DNA of 63,466 nucleotides, the filler included, from Sphingomonadaceae bacterium (lineage in GTDB: Bacteria > Chloroflexota > UBA6077): assembly GCA_050261575.1 (NCBI GenBank). It is 4 parts of 4 records of this genome, joined end to end, with 100 filler letters (N's around TTAATTAATTAA, not from the genome) between each part and the next. Parts side by side here need not be neighbours in the genome. Positions count along the whole stretch, not along the records: positions 1 to 30,266 come from JBLNDL010000019.1; positions 30,367 to 43,354 come from JBLNDL010000022.1; 2 more parts are not named here. One strand, written 5' to 3'. The position numbers and the translations under genes are program-made. Under the pieces are notes generated by a model. It was given only the letters and a program-made list of their open reading frames with translations. It did no database searches and was not told where the DNA came from. Below, in pieces: positions 29,201 to 38,583 of this stretch. Positions within the stretch are counted from its first letter, which is position 1. Each line of letters begins with the position of its first letter.

Positions 29201-29234
29201 CGTATGAAAGCAAACTGCCAGTAGCTTTCATACG
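29201..29234. promoter_or_regulatory. Perfect 11-bp inverted repeat upstream of fic (candidate operator)
   Basis: CGTATGAAAGC-N12-GCTTTCATACG, about 25 bp from the fic ATG. Confidence 0.55.
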
Positions 29235-29247
29235 GCATGATAGCACG

Positions 29248-29336
29248 TAAGCGTGCTTACATACAGGGGTCTACCGCGGTTTTCAGAGGAACGGTCCCTT
29301 GGCCATCCTAAGCGTGCTTACATACAGGGGTCTACC
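29248..29336. repeat. Perfect 28-bp direct repeat TAAGCGTGCTTACATACAGGGGTCTACC (two copies)
   Basis: Copies at 29248-29275 and 29309-29336. The second overlaps the pglX stop. Confidence 0.9.
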
Positions 29337-30266
29337 ACTTCTTTATCACCTGCCTCACCGCCAGGAGACCCGCCTCCTGGAATGGGCGGATGTTCACCTT
29401 GACCCCATCGTCGATGTCCGGGGCGTAGGGGCCGGGCCGCCCCGCCTCCTCCTCGCCCTTCCACCGGCAGCGGATCCGGTACTTCAGCTCGTCCCCCCGC
29501 TCGATCTTCTCGATGCGGCTCCGGAACTCCTCGACATCCTCGATCTGAAGCTGGAGCTGGGTCACCTCGCCGTCGGCGCCCCTGGCCCTCGCTCGCTCCT
29601 GGTCGGCCCGTAGCCGCTCGATCAGGCTACCCGCATACTGCGCCCGCAGCCGCTGCAGGGTCTCCCGGCTCAGCCGGTGGTAGAGGACGAACGCCTCGAA
29701 GGCGCGGTTGGGCGAGACGAGGTGCCAGGCGATGGGGCGCTGCTTGAACTGCTGCACATGCCGCTTGAAGAAGTCCCGGCGCAGCCAATCTCCCAGGTCG
29801 CGCCCCACCCACTGTCGGAACTCCTTCAGCGACCGCTCGGCGCCCTCCTCGCCGAAGTCCCGCTCCAGCCGCGCCCTGATCCGCTCCTCCGCGGTGGGCT
29901 CCCCAGTGCAGGGCACTAGGGGGATGATGCCGTCCTCATCCACCAGGGCCGGGTCCAGGATAGGGCCGTGCTCCGCCTCGTACTTGTCCTGCTCCGGCCA
30001 GCGGTAGCCGAGCATCCGGAGGAGGGAGACGGAGGCGTAGTCCTCCATGTGGCGCTTCAACTCCGGAGGACAGACCAGCCCCTCCTGCTCCCGCATCTCC
30101 TTCAGCAGCCAGTAGACGGAGATAGGGTGGATCTCCAGCTTCTGTGAAAGCTCCTCGAGGAAAGTCTCAGCGGGGATCGGGATGCGGCCTCCCAGCACCT
30201 CTGTCGATTCACCAGCACCGGATTCCTCGTCAAGTTCCTCCGTCCTCGCCCCGGGGCCTGCTTGGT
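29332..30266 (-). CDS. pglX: PglX-like BREX methyltransferase, C-terminal part (truncated by contig end)
   Basis: FFKRHVQQFKQRPIAWHL and YAPDIDDGVKVNIRPFQEAGLL C-terminus. Lies upstream of pglZ-brxL, and the frame is open to the gap. Confidence 0.75.
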
Positions 30267-30366
30267 NNNNNNNNNNNNNNNNNNNNNNNNNNNNNNNNNN
30301 NNNNNNNNNNTTAATTAATTAANNNNNNNNNNNNNNNNNNNNNNNNNNNNNNNNNNNNNNNNNNNN
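30267..30366. other. Artificial contig-join linker
   Basis: N-run, TTAATTAATTAA, N-run. Confidence 0.95.
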
Positions 30367-30470
30367 CCATTTTCCCCCGGGCCCTGCCTATGTCCACCCC
30401 TCCCCCTCCGGGCCGGCGGGCGCCTGCGGCCCCGGCCCGGACGGAAGGAACGGATCAGGAGCGGAGGTGA

Positions 30471-31118
30471 GTGGTGTCGGAAGTCATCGCCTGGTCCACC
30501 GCCCTCGTCTCGATGGTGTGGTTGGCCGAGAGCATCTCGGGCCAGAGACGGCGACCCCGCCGAATCGGGGTGAAGACAGCTCGAAGCTGGCTGCAGCCCT
30601 GGCCCGAGGTGTCCAGGGTCCTCTTCGCCGTCCTCGCCGTGGCGGCGCTCCTCTTCGACCTGGGGACCTTCCGGGTCGAGGGAGCGGTGTTGTTGCAGGC
30701 CCCCGGCCTCCTTCTGGCCATCGCGGCCACCGTGCTGAGCGCCAGGGCCAGGGTGGAGATGGGAGAGCAGTACGCCACCGGCATCCAGGCGTGGACCGGG
30801 CAGCAATTGGTGACAGGGGGTCTGTTCTCCCTGGTGAGACACCCCATCTACCTGAGCGTGGTCGCCATGTGGCTGGGAGCAGGGTTGGGGATGGCCAGTT
30901 GGCTCCTCGTCGTGGTGGGGGTGGTAGCGGTCTCGCCGGCCTTCTATCTGATGGCCAGGCACGAGGAGAAGCTGATCCTGGACCACTTCGGCCGCCGCTA
31001 CTGCGAGTACCGGGCGCAGGTGCCCATGCTGCTGCCCTGGCCCAGACCGAGCGGACTCGTCGAGGTGCCCTCCTCAGTCGAGGTGACAGAGCAGCCCAAC
31101 GTCGCGGAGCAGGAGTGA
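30471..31118 (+). CDS. Isoprenylcysteine carboxyl methyltransferase (ICMT/PEMT) family protein
   Basis: LVTGGLFSLVRHPIY and EEKLI..FG..Y.EY...VP motifs. Confidence 0.85.
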   Translation: MVSEVIAWSTALVSMVWLAESISGQRRRPRRIGVKTARSWLQPWPEVSRVLFAVLAVAALLFDLGTFRVEGAVLLQAPGLLLAIAATVLSARARVEMGEQYATGIQAWTGQQLVTGGLFSLVRHPIYLSVVAMWLGAGLGMASWLLVVVGVVAVSPAFYLMARHEEKLILDHFGRRYCEYRAQVPMLLPWPRPSGLVEVPSSVEVTEQPNVAEQE

Positions 31119-31274
31119 GACAGCAGGGCCCATCGGCACCACGGAGGCACGAAGACGGCCGACCTACACTGGCCATACTAGCCCGCAGAAGGGGCGGACC
31201 TACGCGTCTGCGCACACTCAGGTCCGCCCCGACAACCACCCTCTGTCCCCGTCTGCGCTATGCGACGCCGTGCA

Positions 31275-33131
31275 TCACCTGTCCCAAGAGAGTGGCAGGT
31301 TGCTCTCCACCACCCGTCCCTCCCGCAGCACCAACCGATGCTGGAACGCTCCGGCCTCGAAAGAGCGGTTGTGGGAGATCACGAAGATCTGGCTGAAGCT
31401 CTCCGCCACCTGGCCGGAGGTGAGTAGCTGCACCAGGGCCTCCGTCCGAGGCCCATCGAAGGAGCTGAGGGGCTCGTCGAGGAAGATGAAGCCGGGCGCC
31501 GTTCCAAGCTCCTGTGGAAGTGTCGCCAACGCGAAGGCCAGCCGCAACGCCAGGGAGAATTGGTCCTTGGCGCCACCGGAGAAGACACTCTTGGAGACGT
31601 AGCGGCCGGCGGAGTCGTCCCACACCTGAATGTGGTAGTCTTCCCCGATCCGCGCCTCGTGGTAACGGCCCGCGGTAAGCAGGGGCAGAATCTGGCCGAG
31701 ATTGCGCTCGGTGTTGGGCAGCACCATCCGCACGATCCTCTCCATGGTCCCCTCGACGATGGCCGCCGCTCGCCGCTTCACCTCCAACTGGCGGGCCAAC
31801 CTCTCCACCTCTGCTCGGCACTCCCCCGTCTCCAGGGAGTCGCCATCGATCCCCAGTCTCTCCTCCAGCCTCCGCCGCCGGCCTTCCAGCTCGCCTATCC
31901 TGGCGATCAGGGCATCCCGGTGGGCCGACAGCTCGCCCGCCGACTCCGCCGCCCACCGGTCGATCTCGGATGCCGACCGGAAGGACACGACTGCCACCGC
32001 TCCGGCCAGCAGCGCCACCAGTACTGGCACTACCCAGAGGACCGACGCGCCGGAGTACCCAAGCGCAGGCAGAAGGGCCGCCCCCGCAGGAAGGGCCAGC
32101 ATCCCCAGGGCGGCCGCCCACGCGGCCAGTCTCCCCCGCCGCCTCGCGGTCGCGCCATCCCGACGGAGGGCGGCGAGGCGATGGGCCGCCTCGGCCCACG
32201 AGGCTTCCGTCCCTCGCCCGTCGGTCCCCATCGTAGAGCCCGCCGGCCCGCCCGCGCTCCCGCGGGCGTCTGGCCCGCTCCGGTCCTGGCGCGCTTCCTT
32301 TCCGCGTGGGGAAGGCGTGAGCGTGCTCGAGGGCAGGTCCGCTGGGCGAGGGTCATCGGGGCCGGCAGACCTGCCAGCCCGCGCGGCTTCGCGAAGGGCT
32401 GAGGCCTGTCCCCAGACGCCTGGCCCACGGTCCGACATCGACGGTGCAGGGCTGGGGCTTGTCCCCTGCCACCCGGCCGCCTCCAGCGCGACCCTCTGCC
32501 GGGCCACCCTGGGCAGTTCCGCCACCACCTCCGCCAGCTCCAGCCGGTCGCGGGCTTGGGCCAGCGTCCTCTCGTCCTGGACGGTCACCTTTAACCGGTC
32601 GGCCAGATCCGTCAGCCTCTCCAGGTTGAGCAGCTTCCGCAGGGATTCCTTCCGCTGGCCGATACCCAGGTCCTCCAGCTTGGAGAGCTTCTTCTGCTCC
32701 ACGAAGCAGGAGTTCAGCAGCGCCTCGCTGTCCAGCCCCCCCAGTTCTTCGACCACTCGGGCATTGACCGCCAGCACTCCGGCCACCCGCTCCTCCGGAG
32801 CGCCCGGCCGGCGCACCGTGAGGGCCGCCTGGCTGGGCCTGTTGCGGGCCACCGTCCGGCAGATCTCCAGCTCCGTATCGTCCACCTCAAGCAGCAGCTC
32901 CACCGTCGTAGAGTCGGCCCCGTACCGGATCACGCTCTCCAGGTTCCCCTTCCCTCGCCCCTCAGCGATCAAAGGGGAGCCGTAGAGGGCGTAGAAGACG
33001 CTCTCGAAGAGGGTGGATTTTCCAGACTCATTCAGCCCCTCGATCAGGACGCTGGCCCGGCGGGGGAAGACCACCTCCACGTGGCGCAGCAACTTGAAGT
33101 CCTCGACTCGAAGCCGTCTTAGAACGATCAT
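31275..33131 (-). CDS. Short SMC/Rad50-like ATPase with a central hydrophobic hairpin (YhaN/SbcC-like)
   Basis: GLNESGKST, FVEQ, FSGGAKDQ, FLDEP and ISH motifs. ATGA overlap with the nuclease gene. Confidence 0.85.
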   Translation of the reverse strand: MIVLRRLRVEDFKLLRHVEVVFPRRASVLIEGLNESGKSTLFESVFYALYGSPLIAEGRGKGNLESVIRYGADSTTVELLLEVDDTELEICRTVARNRPSQAALTVRRPGAPEERVAGVLAVNARVVEELGGLDSEALLNSCFVEQKKLSKLEDLGIGQRKESLRKLLNLERLTDLADRLKVTVQDERTLAQARDRLELAEVVAELPRVARQRVALEAAGWQGTSPSPAPSMSDRGPGVWGQASALREAARAGRSAGPDDPRPADLPSSTLTPSPRGKEARQDRSGPDARGSAGGPAGSTMGTDGRGTEASWAEAAHRLAALRRDGATARRRGRLAAWAAALGMLALPAGAALLPALGYSGASVLWVVPVLVALLAGAVAVVSFRSASEIDRWAAESAGELSAHRDALIARIGELEGRRRRLEERLGIDGDSLETGECRAEVERLARQLEVKRRAAAIVEGTMERIVRMVLPNTERNLGQILPLLTAGRYHEARIGEDYHIQVWDDSAGRYVSKSVFSGGAKDQFSLALRLAFALATLPQELGTAPGFIFLDEPLSSFDGPRTEALVQLLTSGQVAESFSQIFVISHNRSFEAGAFQHRLVLREGRVVESNLPLSWDR

Positions 33132-34450
33132 CGGTACTCGTCCAGGATCAGGCGCAGGGCTTCGTCGATCAGATCGCGCTCCCGGAGGTCGTCGGCCTCC
33201 TCCCGACGCTCCCGAGCGAAGCGGATCAACTCCTCCCGCTGCGATAGCCTCCCGCCCCGGGCGCTCGTGGCATACCGCTCGTCCTCCACGTAGAGTCCGG
33301 TGGTATCCAGGTCGAAGAAGAAGGAACGAGCGGCGCCGAACTCGGCCACCTCTCGCAGCCGCAGGTCGTGGTACCGCTGCCTCGAGATCGGCCCCTCGAG
33401 TCTCACGCGAACCATCGCGTCCCGCCGGCACTCCGTCTCCAACCGCTCCTTCAGAGTCTCGGCCGGGTCGCCTTCGGCCAGATCCGAGGTCGGGATCGCG
33501 AGCTGCAGCCGCGGCTGGCAATCCACGGGTACCTGCTGCAGGCCGACGAGCCGCCCCGGTTCCGCCTCTAGGTAGACGAAGCCGGGGGTCACCTCCATCT
33601 CCGCGAAGGTCATCCGCTCGGTCGCCCCCGGCACGATCACCGTCTTCCCGCCCCAGCAGAAGGCGGCAAAACGATGGACGTGGCCCATCAGCAGGTAGTC
33701 CACCCCCTCGAGTCCCTCGACCGTCGCCCGCCGCACGATCGGCTCCGGGGCCCCCGGGTAGACGTGGCCCTCCAGGCTCCCGTGGAGCAGCAGCAGCGCG
33801 ATGTCCGCGTTCGGTCGCCACTCCAGCCCCTCCAGGGGGTCGGATCCGGCCGGTGCGGTGGGATCGGGGGGCATGCCGGCCACGGCAACCCGTATCCCCT
33901 CGATCTCCAGGGTCTCCTCATCCAACCGAGGGCCGAAGACTGAGGACTGAGGACTGGGTGCCTTTCCCCTGGTGTGCTGGCCCTCTATCCCCCGCCGGAG
34001 GGCCGAGGCGCGCCCCCCGCCGCCCGATCCCCAGGAAACGTGCGGGCGGCAGGGGATACCCCCCCGCCATACTTCAGGGGCGACGTCCTCAGTCCTGAAT
34101 TCGCCGAGCAGTCTGAGGCCGCCCAGGCGAGCGTAGGTGGCCTGAGGTGTGGACATCGAGTGGCCATTGCGGGACCGCGGGGTGTCGTGGTTGCCGCCGA
34201 TGCCGAGGCACCGCACCCCGGCCTCTCGAAGTCGGGCAAGAGACTCGGCCACGAACTGCCGCTCCACGTTGCGCGGCTCGGGGGAATCGAAGAGGTCGCC
34301 CACCTGGAGGAACAGGTGTGCCCTCTGCTCCAGGGCGTGCTCCACCGCCGCACCGAAGCCGCGGCGCAGCCAGGCTCGCCGCTCTTCCAGCTTCTGAGAG
34401 AACATCCTGTCGTAGTGGCGGCCCAGGTGGTTGTCGGCCGTCACGACCAT
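33128..34450 (-). CDS. Mre11/SbcD-like metallophosphoesterase nuclease
   Basis: ADNHLG, GDLFD, GNHD, LLHG, GHVH and PGATER motifs. Confidence 0.88.
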   Translation of the reverse strand: MVVTADNHLGRHYDRMFSQKLEERRAWLRRGFGAAVEHALEQRAHLFLQVGDLFDSPEPRNVERQFVAESLARLREAGVRCLGIGGNHDTPRSRNGHSMSTPQATYARLGGLRLLGEFRTEDVAPEVWRGGIPCRPHVSWGSGGGGRASALRRGIEGQHTRGKAPSPQSSVFGPRLDEETLEIEGIRVAVAGMPPDPTAPAGSDPLEGLEWRPNADIALLLLHGSLEGHVYPGAPEPIVRRATVEGLEGVDYLLMGHVHRFAAFCWGGKTVIVPGATERMTFAEMEVTPGFVYLEAEPGRLVGLQQVPVDCQPRLQLAIPTSDLAEGDPAETLKERLETECRRDAMVRVRLEGPISRQRYHDLRLREVAEFGAARSFFFDLDTTGLYVEDERYATSARGGRLSQREELIRFARERREEADDLRERDLIDEALRLILDEYR

Positions 34451-34561
34451 CCGGATAGCGATGGCTGACCTCCGGTGAGGCGAAGGAGGACGAGTGACCG
34501 GGGAGGAGTCTCGTGAGTGCTCGTCTTCCGATCGTTCCCCAGGGATCTCGATCCGATTCTA

Positions 34562-35632
34562 TCACCTTTTGACCGACAACTCGGCGGGCTGCTGGGGCTG
34601 GGGCTGGGGCGAGGGGGCAAAGACCCTGACCTCGTGGCGGACCTGGACCTGAACCCGGTCACCCGGGAAGAAATCGGCCCACGGCCCCAGTCGAGATCGC
34701 ACCAGGTTGCCCGAGGGGAGACGCACGGTGATCAACTGGTCGTGGCCGAAGAACTCCCGAAGCACCACCTGGCCCGGCCCCTGGGAGTCCAGGGTCAGAT
34801 CGACGTCCTCCGGCCTGAGCATCACCTCCACCTGCCCATGGAGGGCATCCGAGGTGCGGAGAAGGCCAAGCTCGCAGGACACCCTTCCCCCCACCGCCTC
34901 GCCAGGAAGAAAATCGGCATCGCCAAGGAAGGTCGCCACCGCCCGCGTGGCCGGGTATCGATAGAGCTGCATGGGCGCTGCCACCTGCACGAGTCGCCCC
35001 TCCCGCATCACCCCCACCTCGTCGGCAAGGCTCAACGCCTCCTCCTGGTCATGGGTCACGAAGACGGCCGACACCCCGGCCCCTTTCAGGATCTGGCGTA
35101 CCTCGCCTCGGACCCGCACCCGTAGCGCGGCGTCGAGATTGGAGAAGGGCTCGTCGAGCAGTACGACGTCGGGACGAGGGAGCAGGGCCCTCGCCAGCGC
35201 CACCCGCTGCTGCTGGCCACCCGATAGCTCGTGGGGCATGCGCCCTTCGAGACCAGCCAGCCCGACCAGCGAAAGGATCTCCCTCACCCTGGACTCGCGA
35301 TCCTCCGCCTTGGGGAGCCCATAGCCGACGTTGGCCGCCACGTCCAGGTGGGGAAAGAGGGCGTAGTCCTGGAAAACCATCCCGACCCGACGTTTCTCGG
35401 GCGGGACGATCCGACCGTTGCCCGCGACGAGGCGGCCACCGATCTCGATGGTCCCAGCGTCGGGAACCTCGAAGCCTGCCAGCAGCCGCAGCGTGGTCGT
35501 CTTGCCGCAGCCGCTGGGCCCGAGCAGCGCCAGCATCTGTCCTCTGCGCAGGGCCAGGGTGACATCGTCGACGGCCCGCACGGAGCCGAACCGCTTGGTG
35601 ACGGATAGACAGCGGACAGAGAAATCACTCAC
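34562..35632 (-). CDS. fbpC: Fe3+ ABC transporter ATP-binding protein
   Basis: GPSGCGKT, FQDYALFPH and LSGGQQQR motifs, TOBE tail, operon context. Confidence 0.8.
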   Translation of the reverse strand: MSDFSVRCLSVTKRFGSVRAVDDVTLALRRGQMLALLGPSGCGKTTTLRLLAGFEVPDAGTIEIGGRLVAGNGRIVPPEKRRVGMVFQDYALFPHLDVAANVGYGLPKAEDRESRVREILSLVGLAGLEGRMPHELSGGQQQRVALARALLPRPDVVLLDEPFSNLDAALRVRVRGEVRQILKGAGVSAVFVTHDQEEALSLADEVGVMREGRLVQVAAPMQLYRYPATRAVATFLGDADFLPGEAVGGRVSCELGLLRTSDALHGQVEVMLRPEDVDLTLDSQGPGQVVLREFFGHDQLITVRLPSGNLVRSRLGPWADFFPGDRVQVQVRHEVRVFAPSPQPQPQQPAELSVKR

Positions 35633-37268
35633 CGCGAGCCCTCCCTTCGGAGCGAACGACCAGGGCCATCGACAATCCCGAAACCAGCACCAGGAGGAGG
35701 GCAGGGGCTGCGGCCGCCGCGAAGAAGCCCTCTGAAGTGGCTGTCCAGATGGTGGTGGCCAGCGTCTTGAAACCGATCGGACTGAGCAGCAACGTCGCCG
35801 GCAGCTCTTTCATCGTGGTCAGGAAGACCAGGGCGAAGCCGGCCAGAAGCCCGGGGCGAACCAGGGGCAGCGTGATCGTGGCCAGCACCTGGGGCTGGGT
35901 GCGTCCCAGGCTGCGGGCCGCCTCCTCCAGGCTGGGACTCACCTGCAGCAGGGAAGAGCGGGCGGAGCCGAGAGCCTGGGGAAGAAAGCGCACCAGGTAG
36001 GCCACCACCAGCAGTGTCAGGGTCTGGTACAGCATGGGGACGTAGTTGGCCCCGAAGAACACTAGAGCCAGCGCCACCACGATGCCCGGCAACGCGAAAC
36101 CCGCGTAGGTGGCTCGCTCAAGAAGCTGGCTGGCTCTCCCCGGATAGCGCACTGACAGCACCGCCACCGGCAGGGCAGCGGCCAGGGTCGCCAGGGCGGC
36201 GAGACCCGAGACGTATGTGGAGTTCAGGACGGCATCCCACAGAACCCCCTGCGACGCCTCCATCGTCAGACCTCGGGCCAGCCAATAAGCGAGAACCAGG
36301 ATCGGTAGTACCAGGGCGATAAGCACCACCAACGAGCAGAAGGCGAGGGAGGGCCATCTCCATCGGCCCAGCCGGACCAGAGGAGAGGGCCGCACCGTCC
36401 CCGCGCTGCTTCGGTGGTAACGGGCCCGGTCCCGGGTGCGCGCCTCGGCCACCAGGATCAGGCAGGTGAGACCGACCAGGAGAAGGGAAAGCAGGGCGGC
36501 CATGGTCCGGTCGAAGGAGCCCTGATACTGCAGGTAGATGGCCCTAGTGAAGGAGTTGAACTGCAGAAGCGAGACGGCGCCGAAATCGCTGAGAGCGTAA
36601 AGTGCGACCAGGAGCGACCCTGCGGCAAGGGAGGGCCGCAACTGGGGGAGCGTCACCCCCCAGAAGGTGGCCAGGGTGCCATGGCCGAGACTACGTGAGG
36701 CCTCCTCGAGGGCAGGGTCTACGCCCTGCAAGCCGGCACGAACGCTCAGCAGGAGGTAGGGATAGCTGAACAGAGTCAAGGCAAGGACCGCACCGGGGAA
36801 GCCGTAGATCTCGGGCAACCTCTCCACCCCAAGCGGGCCCGAGAGAAGCTGTTGCAGTATGCCCCGGGGCCCGAGGGCAGAGACCAGGATGAAGCCACCC
36901 ACGTAGGTTGGGATCACCAGGGGAAGAACGGTGAGCACCGACCACCAGCGGCGATAGGGAAGGTCGGTGCGCACCGTGAGCCACGCCAGGGGCAGGGCGA
37001 TGCCCGCTGCCGCCCCCGTTACCGCCAGGGCGAGGCCGGCGGTCTGCAGGAAGACCTCCAGGGTGCGAGCCCGGAACAGCAGATGCCATGCCTCCTGCCC
37101 CGCGCCCACGGCGCGGGCCATCAGGTACAGGATCGGAAGAAGGACGAGGGCTACGACCAGGCCAGCCGGCACACACAGCAGGAGGGGGGCCGAGGGGGTA
37201 TGGCGCTCCCCTCGGCTCTTGGCTAGGCCCGGTCGCCGCTGGATCGAGACTGCCCGCGGCGCGATCAT
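35625..37268 (-). CDS. fbpB: Fe3+ ABC transporter permease
   Basis: Duplicated LEEA(S/A)RSLG EAA loops. MKELPATLLL motif. Confidence 0.85.
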   Translation of the reverse strand: MIAPRAVSIQRRPGLAKSRGERHTPSAPLLLCVPAGLVVALVLLPILYLMARAVGAGQEAWHLLFRARTLEVFLQTAGLALAVTGAAAGIALPLAWLTVRTDLPYRRWWSVLTVLPLVIPTYVGGFILVSALGPRGILQQLLSGPLGVERLPEIYGFPGAVLALTLFSYPYLLLSVRAGLQGVDPALEEASRSLGHGTLATFWGVTLPQLRPSLAAGSLLVALYALSDFGAVSLLQFNSFTRAIYLQYQGSFDRTMAALLSLLLVGLTCLILVAEARTRDRARYHRSSAGTVRPSPLVRLGRWRWPSLAFCSLVVLIALVLPILVLAYWLARGLTMEASQGVLWDAVLNSTYVSGLAALATLAAALPVAVLSVRYPGRASQLLERATYAGFALPGIVVALALVFFGANYVPMLYQTLTLLVVAYLVRFLPQALGSARSSLLQVSPSLEEAARSLGRTQPQVLATITLPLVRPGLLAGFALVFLTTMKELPATLLLSPIGFKTLATTIWTATSEGFFAAAAAPALLLVLVSGLSMALVVRSEGRARGE

Positions 37269-37270
37269 GG

Positions 37271-38350
37271 CTACAGCACTCCAGTGTCTCGCAGCAACTT
37301 CAACGTCTTCTCCAGGTCGCTGAGGCTACCCAGGTCCAGCGTAGGCGTCTTGATCTGGGACAGCGGGATCAGCAGCGAGTGTGTGTTGACTCCCTCGACC
37401 AAGGGATACTCCATGGTCTCATCGGCGAAGTACTGCTGGGCATCCTTCGAGAGTAGATAGTCCACGAACCTCTCGGCGAGCTTCGGATCCCTCGCGGAGG
37501 TCAGGACACCCACGCCAGCCACGTTGATCATGGCGCCCGCATCGCCGGCCCTTGGGTGGTAGTTGCGAGCCGGGAAGGCCTCTCCCTGCTCCCTCAAGAA
37601 GCTGAACAGGTAGTAGTGGTTGACAAACCCTACTTGCACCTCGCCGGCCCCCACGGCCTGCACTATGCCGGTGTTGTTGGCGTACGCCTTCGGGCTGTTG
37701 GCCTTGATGCCTTCCAACCATTGGCGGGTTACCTCCTCGCCCTGAGTGACTCGCAGGGCCGTGACGAAGGCCTGGAAGGAGCCGTTGGTTGGAGCCCAGC
37801 CGATCTTGCCCTTCCATCGGGGATCGGTGAACCCGAGAATGGAATCGGGCAGATCCGTCTCCTTCAGCTCCTTCGTGTTGTAGACCACAGTGCGGGCCCG
37901 CCCGGAGAGGCCAACCCACTCTCCGTGTGGAGCCCTGAAGCGGGCATCCACTCGGTTCAACAGGGAATCGGGAAGCTTCGCCAACCGCTGGGCGGCGACC
38001 AGGGCACCGAGAGCCCCGGCATCCTGGGCAAAGTAGACGTCGGCGGGGCTGTTCTTGCCCTCTTCCAGGAGGGCCGCGGCCAGTTCCGCGGTGTCACCGT
38101 AGCGCACCTTTACTTCTACACCCGTTTCCTTCTGGAAACGGTCGATCAGGGGGCCAATCAGCTTCTCGTTTCGGCCCGAGTACACCGTCAGCGTCCCGCC
38201 TTTCTCGCCGGGAACCGCCGCGGCAGCGGCCGGTTGGGGGGACCCCGTGGGCTGGGTAGACGCCACGGGGGCGGCAGCCGTGGCGCACGCCACCCCGCCG
38301 AGGGCAACAACGGCCAGGAGAGCTAAGAGAGTCAGGCGTAGTATCTTCAT
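37271..38350 (-). CDS. fbpA: Fe3+ ABC transporter substrate-binding lipoprotein (FbpA/FutA)
   Basis: Lipobox-like signal. YSGR, EGKNSPADV and VNHYY motifs. Confidence 0.85.
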   Translation of the reverse strand: MKILRLTLLALLAVVALGGVACATAAAPVASTQPTGSPQPAAAAAVPGEKGGTLTVYSGRNEKLIGPLIDRFQKETGVEVKVRYGDTAELAAALLEEGKNSPADVYFAQDAGALGALVAAQRLAKLPDSLLNRVDARFRAPHGEWVGLSGRARTVVYNTKELKETDLPDSILGFTDPRWKGKIGWAPTNGSFQAFVTALRVTQGEEVTRQWLEGIKANSPKAYANNTGIVQAVGAGEVQVGFVNHYYLFSFLREQGEAFPARNYHPRAGDAGAMINVAGVGVLTSARDPKLAERFVDYLLSKDAQQYFADETMEYPLVEGVNTHSLLIPLSQIKTPTLDLGSLSDLEKTLKLLRDTGVL

Positions 38351-38583
38351 GCTTCGATGCTCCTCGAAGGATGTTATTCGCTGACGACCTTCCAGCCAGG
38401 AACCCCGCTCGAAGGGGGGGGCGCAGCGACGCCCAATGCAGCGCCAGGGAACGACACTGGCAGATCAGCAACTAGAAGGGGTTACCCGGAGCCTCCGGCG
38501 CCGCAGGCGCGCGCCAGGGGCTCGATACACTTTTCGCAGGGGAAGGGGTTAACGATGACGTCGACTAATCGAACACCTTCAAT

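Noticed and set aside
29248..29336. 28-bp repeat with a 33-bp spacer as a mini CRISPR array
   Set aside because: Only two copies, one overlapping the pglX stop, with no leader or cas genes in view. Kept as a direct repeat.
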